DNA from: Ranitomeya imitator
Lineage: Eukaryota
Assembly (NCBI RefSeq): GCF_032444005.1
Contig: NC_091289.1
Coordinates: forward strand, 193,502,001 to 193,566,000
Reading direction: 5' to 3'
DNA length: 64,000 nt
Shown here: one piece after another, positions 61,775 through 64,000 of the stretch
Position numbering within the stretch: position 1 is the stretch's first letter
Layout: each line of letters opens with the position of its first letter
Position numbers and translations under genes: made by a program
Notes under the pieces: generated by a model
The model's input: only the letters and a program-made list of their open reading frames with translations
Told to the model about the DNA's origin: nothing
Databases searched by the model: none

Positions 61775-61936
61775 TCAGATCACAAGCACCATCTTGCCGG
61801 TGGCGCCGCTGTTCTGGATGATGTCCTCGTGGGCCTGAGCTGCTTTCTCCAGCGGATACTCAGGACCAATCAGCGGCCTCAGCCATCCGCTCTCCATGCC
61901 CCCGAGGAGCGCGGCTCCAGCCTCCTTCCAATCCGC
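61775..61936 (-). CDS. CRYZ: CRYZ copy B coding exon 8, canonical C-terminus
   Basis: [53 protein letters not shown]-stop, 162 nt after GTTTTTGGTTTTAG. Confidence 0.96.
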   Translation of the reverse strand, partial: ADWKEAGAALLGGMESGWLRPLIGPEYPLEKAAQAHEDIIQNSGATGKMVLVI

Positions 61937-62209
61937 CTAAAACCAAAAACATCTTTGTTATTATAGATCATTTTACAAGGACACAGATGGCCGCCAGCCC
62001 CATGTGCATGAACGGACATGTGATCACAATGGGGAGAGGAAAGTCACCTCTGCCCCCTCCAGACTGCTCTGGCAGCAGCTTATGGTCCGGAGAACCACAG
62101 GCCGGATCCACTGCCACAGACTATTCCTCCCACCAGCGGAGACTCACGGCAGAGCCCATGATGCAGATATGAATGTAGCCTTTACAGTGATGTGTAATCT
62201 TAAAAGGGA

Positions 62210-62750
62210 TGCAGTACTATCTGTGCCTACAACAGGCACTGGGGGACAACGGGAAAGCAGTACTATCTGTGCCTACAACAGGCACCGGGGGACAACGGGG
62301 AGGCAGTACTATCTGTGCCTACAACAGGCACTGGGGGACAACGGGAAAGCAGTACTATATGTGCCTACAACAGGCACCGGGGGAGAACGGGGAGGCAGTA
62401 CCATATGTGCCTACAACAGGCATTGGGGGACAACGGGGAGGCAGTACTATCTGTGCCTACAACAGGCACCGGGGGACAACGGGGAGGCAGTACTATCTGT
62501 GCCTACAACAGGCACTGGGGGACAACGGGGAGGCAGTACTATCTGTGCCTACAACAGGCACTGGGGGACAACGGGGAGGCAGTAGTATCTGTGCCTACAA
62601 CAGGCACAGGGGGACAACGGGGAGGCAGTAGTATCTGTGCCTACAACAGGCACCGGGGGACAACGGGGAGGCAGTACTATCTGTGCCTACAACAGGCACT
62701 GGGGACAATGGGGAGGCAGTACTATCTGTGCCTACAACAGGCACCGGGGC
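62210..62750. repeat. 46-bp minisatellite (GGGGAGGCAGTACTATCTGTGCCTACAACAGGCACCGGGGGACAAC)
   Basis: About 12 units in CRYZ-B intron 7; shares GGGAGGCAG(C/T)ACTATCTG with the 45-bp repeat in CRYZ-A intron 7. Confidence 0.95.
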
Positions 62751-63145
62751 ACAATCATTTCAGCTTTAGGTGAAAAAAAAAAGAGGGAGGTAGTACTGTC
62801 TGTACCGACTAGAGCAAATACTGTACTACTAATGTTATTTACGAGGGAGAAACAGGAAAGCAGTACTATCTGTGTGTATCATTTACAAAGAGGGACACAA
62901 ATGCAATACGACCTGTGCCTACATCTTTTACAATCTACGTTATTCATAGAGAGGGGAAGGTAGTACTCTCTGTGCTTATTTCATTTACAAGGCAGCAGTA
63001 CTATCGGTACCGACATTATTCACAGGGAGAGACAGGATGGCAGTACTATCTGTGCTTGCATCATTTTCAGGCTGATCTTGGCTTTTCTCTCATACGTGTA
63101 TAGAAGACGCTATGTACACTGATGCCGATCGCTTCCTGCCGTTAC

Positions 63146-63241
63146 CTTAGTAGAGCTGAATAGTGCGACTCCGGTGATGCTGGACTCCTTCATCATTGTG
63201 TCTCTGGGGTTTATCTCGATGGGACCGCGGCAGCCGATTAT
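63146..63241 (-). CDS. CRYZ: CRYZ copy B coding exon 7 ([32 protein letters not shown])
   Basis: 96 nt, AG/GT boundaries. Confidence 0.96.
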
Positions 63242-63654
63242 CTAGAGGAACGCAGCCGTTATTAGACAGAACCATGTTGTGGGGTAAATAAAAGATGCAT
63301 TCAGTGAAAAGCTGATTTTCTGGACTTTTTAAGAGCAATTATCAGAGCTGCCCACAGCCGGTGCCCCCATAATTCACCCTACAGGGGGGATGTGGCCCCG
63401 CTGGAGCAGGACTAGTCCAGTAGGGAGAAGTACCAATGTCATGGACCCAATGATGTAGGACTACTACCTCCATCCTGAGGCACTAACCCCTTTAGGTTTC
63501 CTCCCTGAAGAGCTCATGTGCATGATTTTCCTCCATGAAATATTAGAGGTGAGTCTCCGTACACATCCGGTCCGTCGCCCCAAAATCAGCCGCTTACGGA
63601 TCCTATTTGCTCAAAGCTGTGAGGGGCGGACATGTCAGGACTGGGGGCACCTAC

Positions 63655-63756
63655 CATCACTCGGCCGCCATATGATAGGAGTTTCAGGTCATTGCTCAGG
63701 TTCACATTGGACAACATCTCCAGGATGACATTAACCCCGTCCTCTCCGGCAGCCTC
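63655..63756 (-). CDS. CRYZ: CRYZ copy B coding exon 6
   Basis: 102 nt, AG/GT boundaries; ...LLSYGGRVM. Confidence 0.96.
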
Positions 63757-63872
63757 CTAAATATTAGAAAGCACAATGCATCTCTCCATAATAAATGGGG
63801 TCATCCAGTTCCCGGACGTCACTTATACCGGGGGGGTTGGGGGTTATTATAGTATACAATGCGGACACTGAC

Positions 63873-64000
63873 CCGGATCTTCTCGATGTAATCCTTCTCC
63901 CTGTGGTTGAACACCTTGTGGGCTCCATTTTGTAAAACCAGATTTAGCCCCTCGGGGCTGCCGGCGGTCCCGAATACCTTGAATCCATGGGCCCTGGCGA
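63873..64000 (-). CDS. CRYZ: CRYZ copy B coding exon 5 (cut by the window edge)
   Basis: 128 nt visible, one synonymous difference from copy A; same GTCAGT donor. Confidence 0.95.

Overview
Eukaryotic, vertebrate DNA; the transposon and minisatellite landscape suggests a frog, which is an inference. Two tandem zeta-crystallin/quinone reductase (CRYZ) genes lie on the minus strand. Copy A has all 8 coding exons (56277 to 23268), an open 305-codon frame, substituted active-site tyrosines and a replaced C-terminus. Copy B shows its last four exons (61775-64000). A probable first coding exon of ERICH3 (16052-16071) lies downstream, matching the known ERICH3-CRYZ synteny. The rest is mobile or repetitive DNA: a decayed Tc1 (1-1488), an apparently intact DIRS1-type tyrosine-recombinase retrotransposon with a probable intron in gag (3536-9034), a non-autonomous Helitron (9089-11097), a 3.6-kb G-rich VNTR against the ERICH3 promoter, and a young chromovirus Gypsy plus a related solo LTR. 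Both LTR insertions have 6-bp TSDs, and the Gypsy shows a Tf1/sushi-type self-priming signature. A second Tc1 (30312-46166) is split by two MITEs and two head-to-head inverted Penelope-like insertions, each arm of which carries promoter motifs and a minimal hammerhead ribozyme. A 22-bp minisatellite has grown out of a Chapaev/Transib-related transposase coding sequence. Most long ORFs in the supplied track over tandem repeats are artefacts. All alignments and counts were done by eye; family and orthology calls rest on remembered motifs, not database searches.
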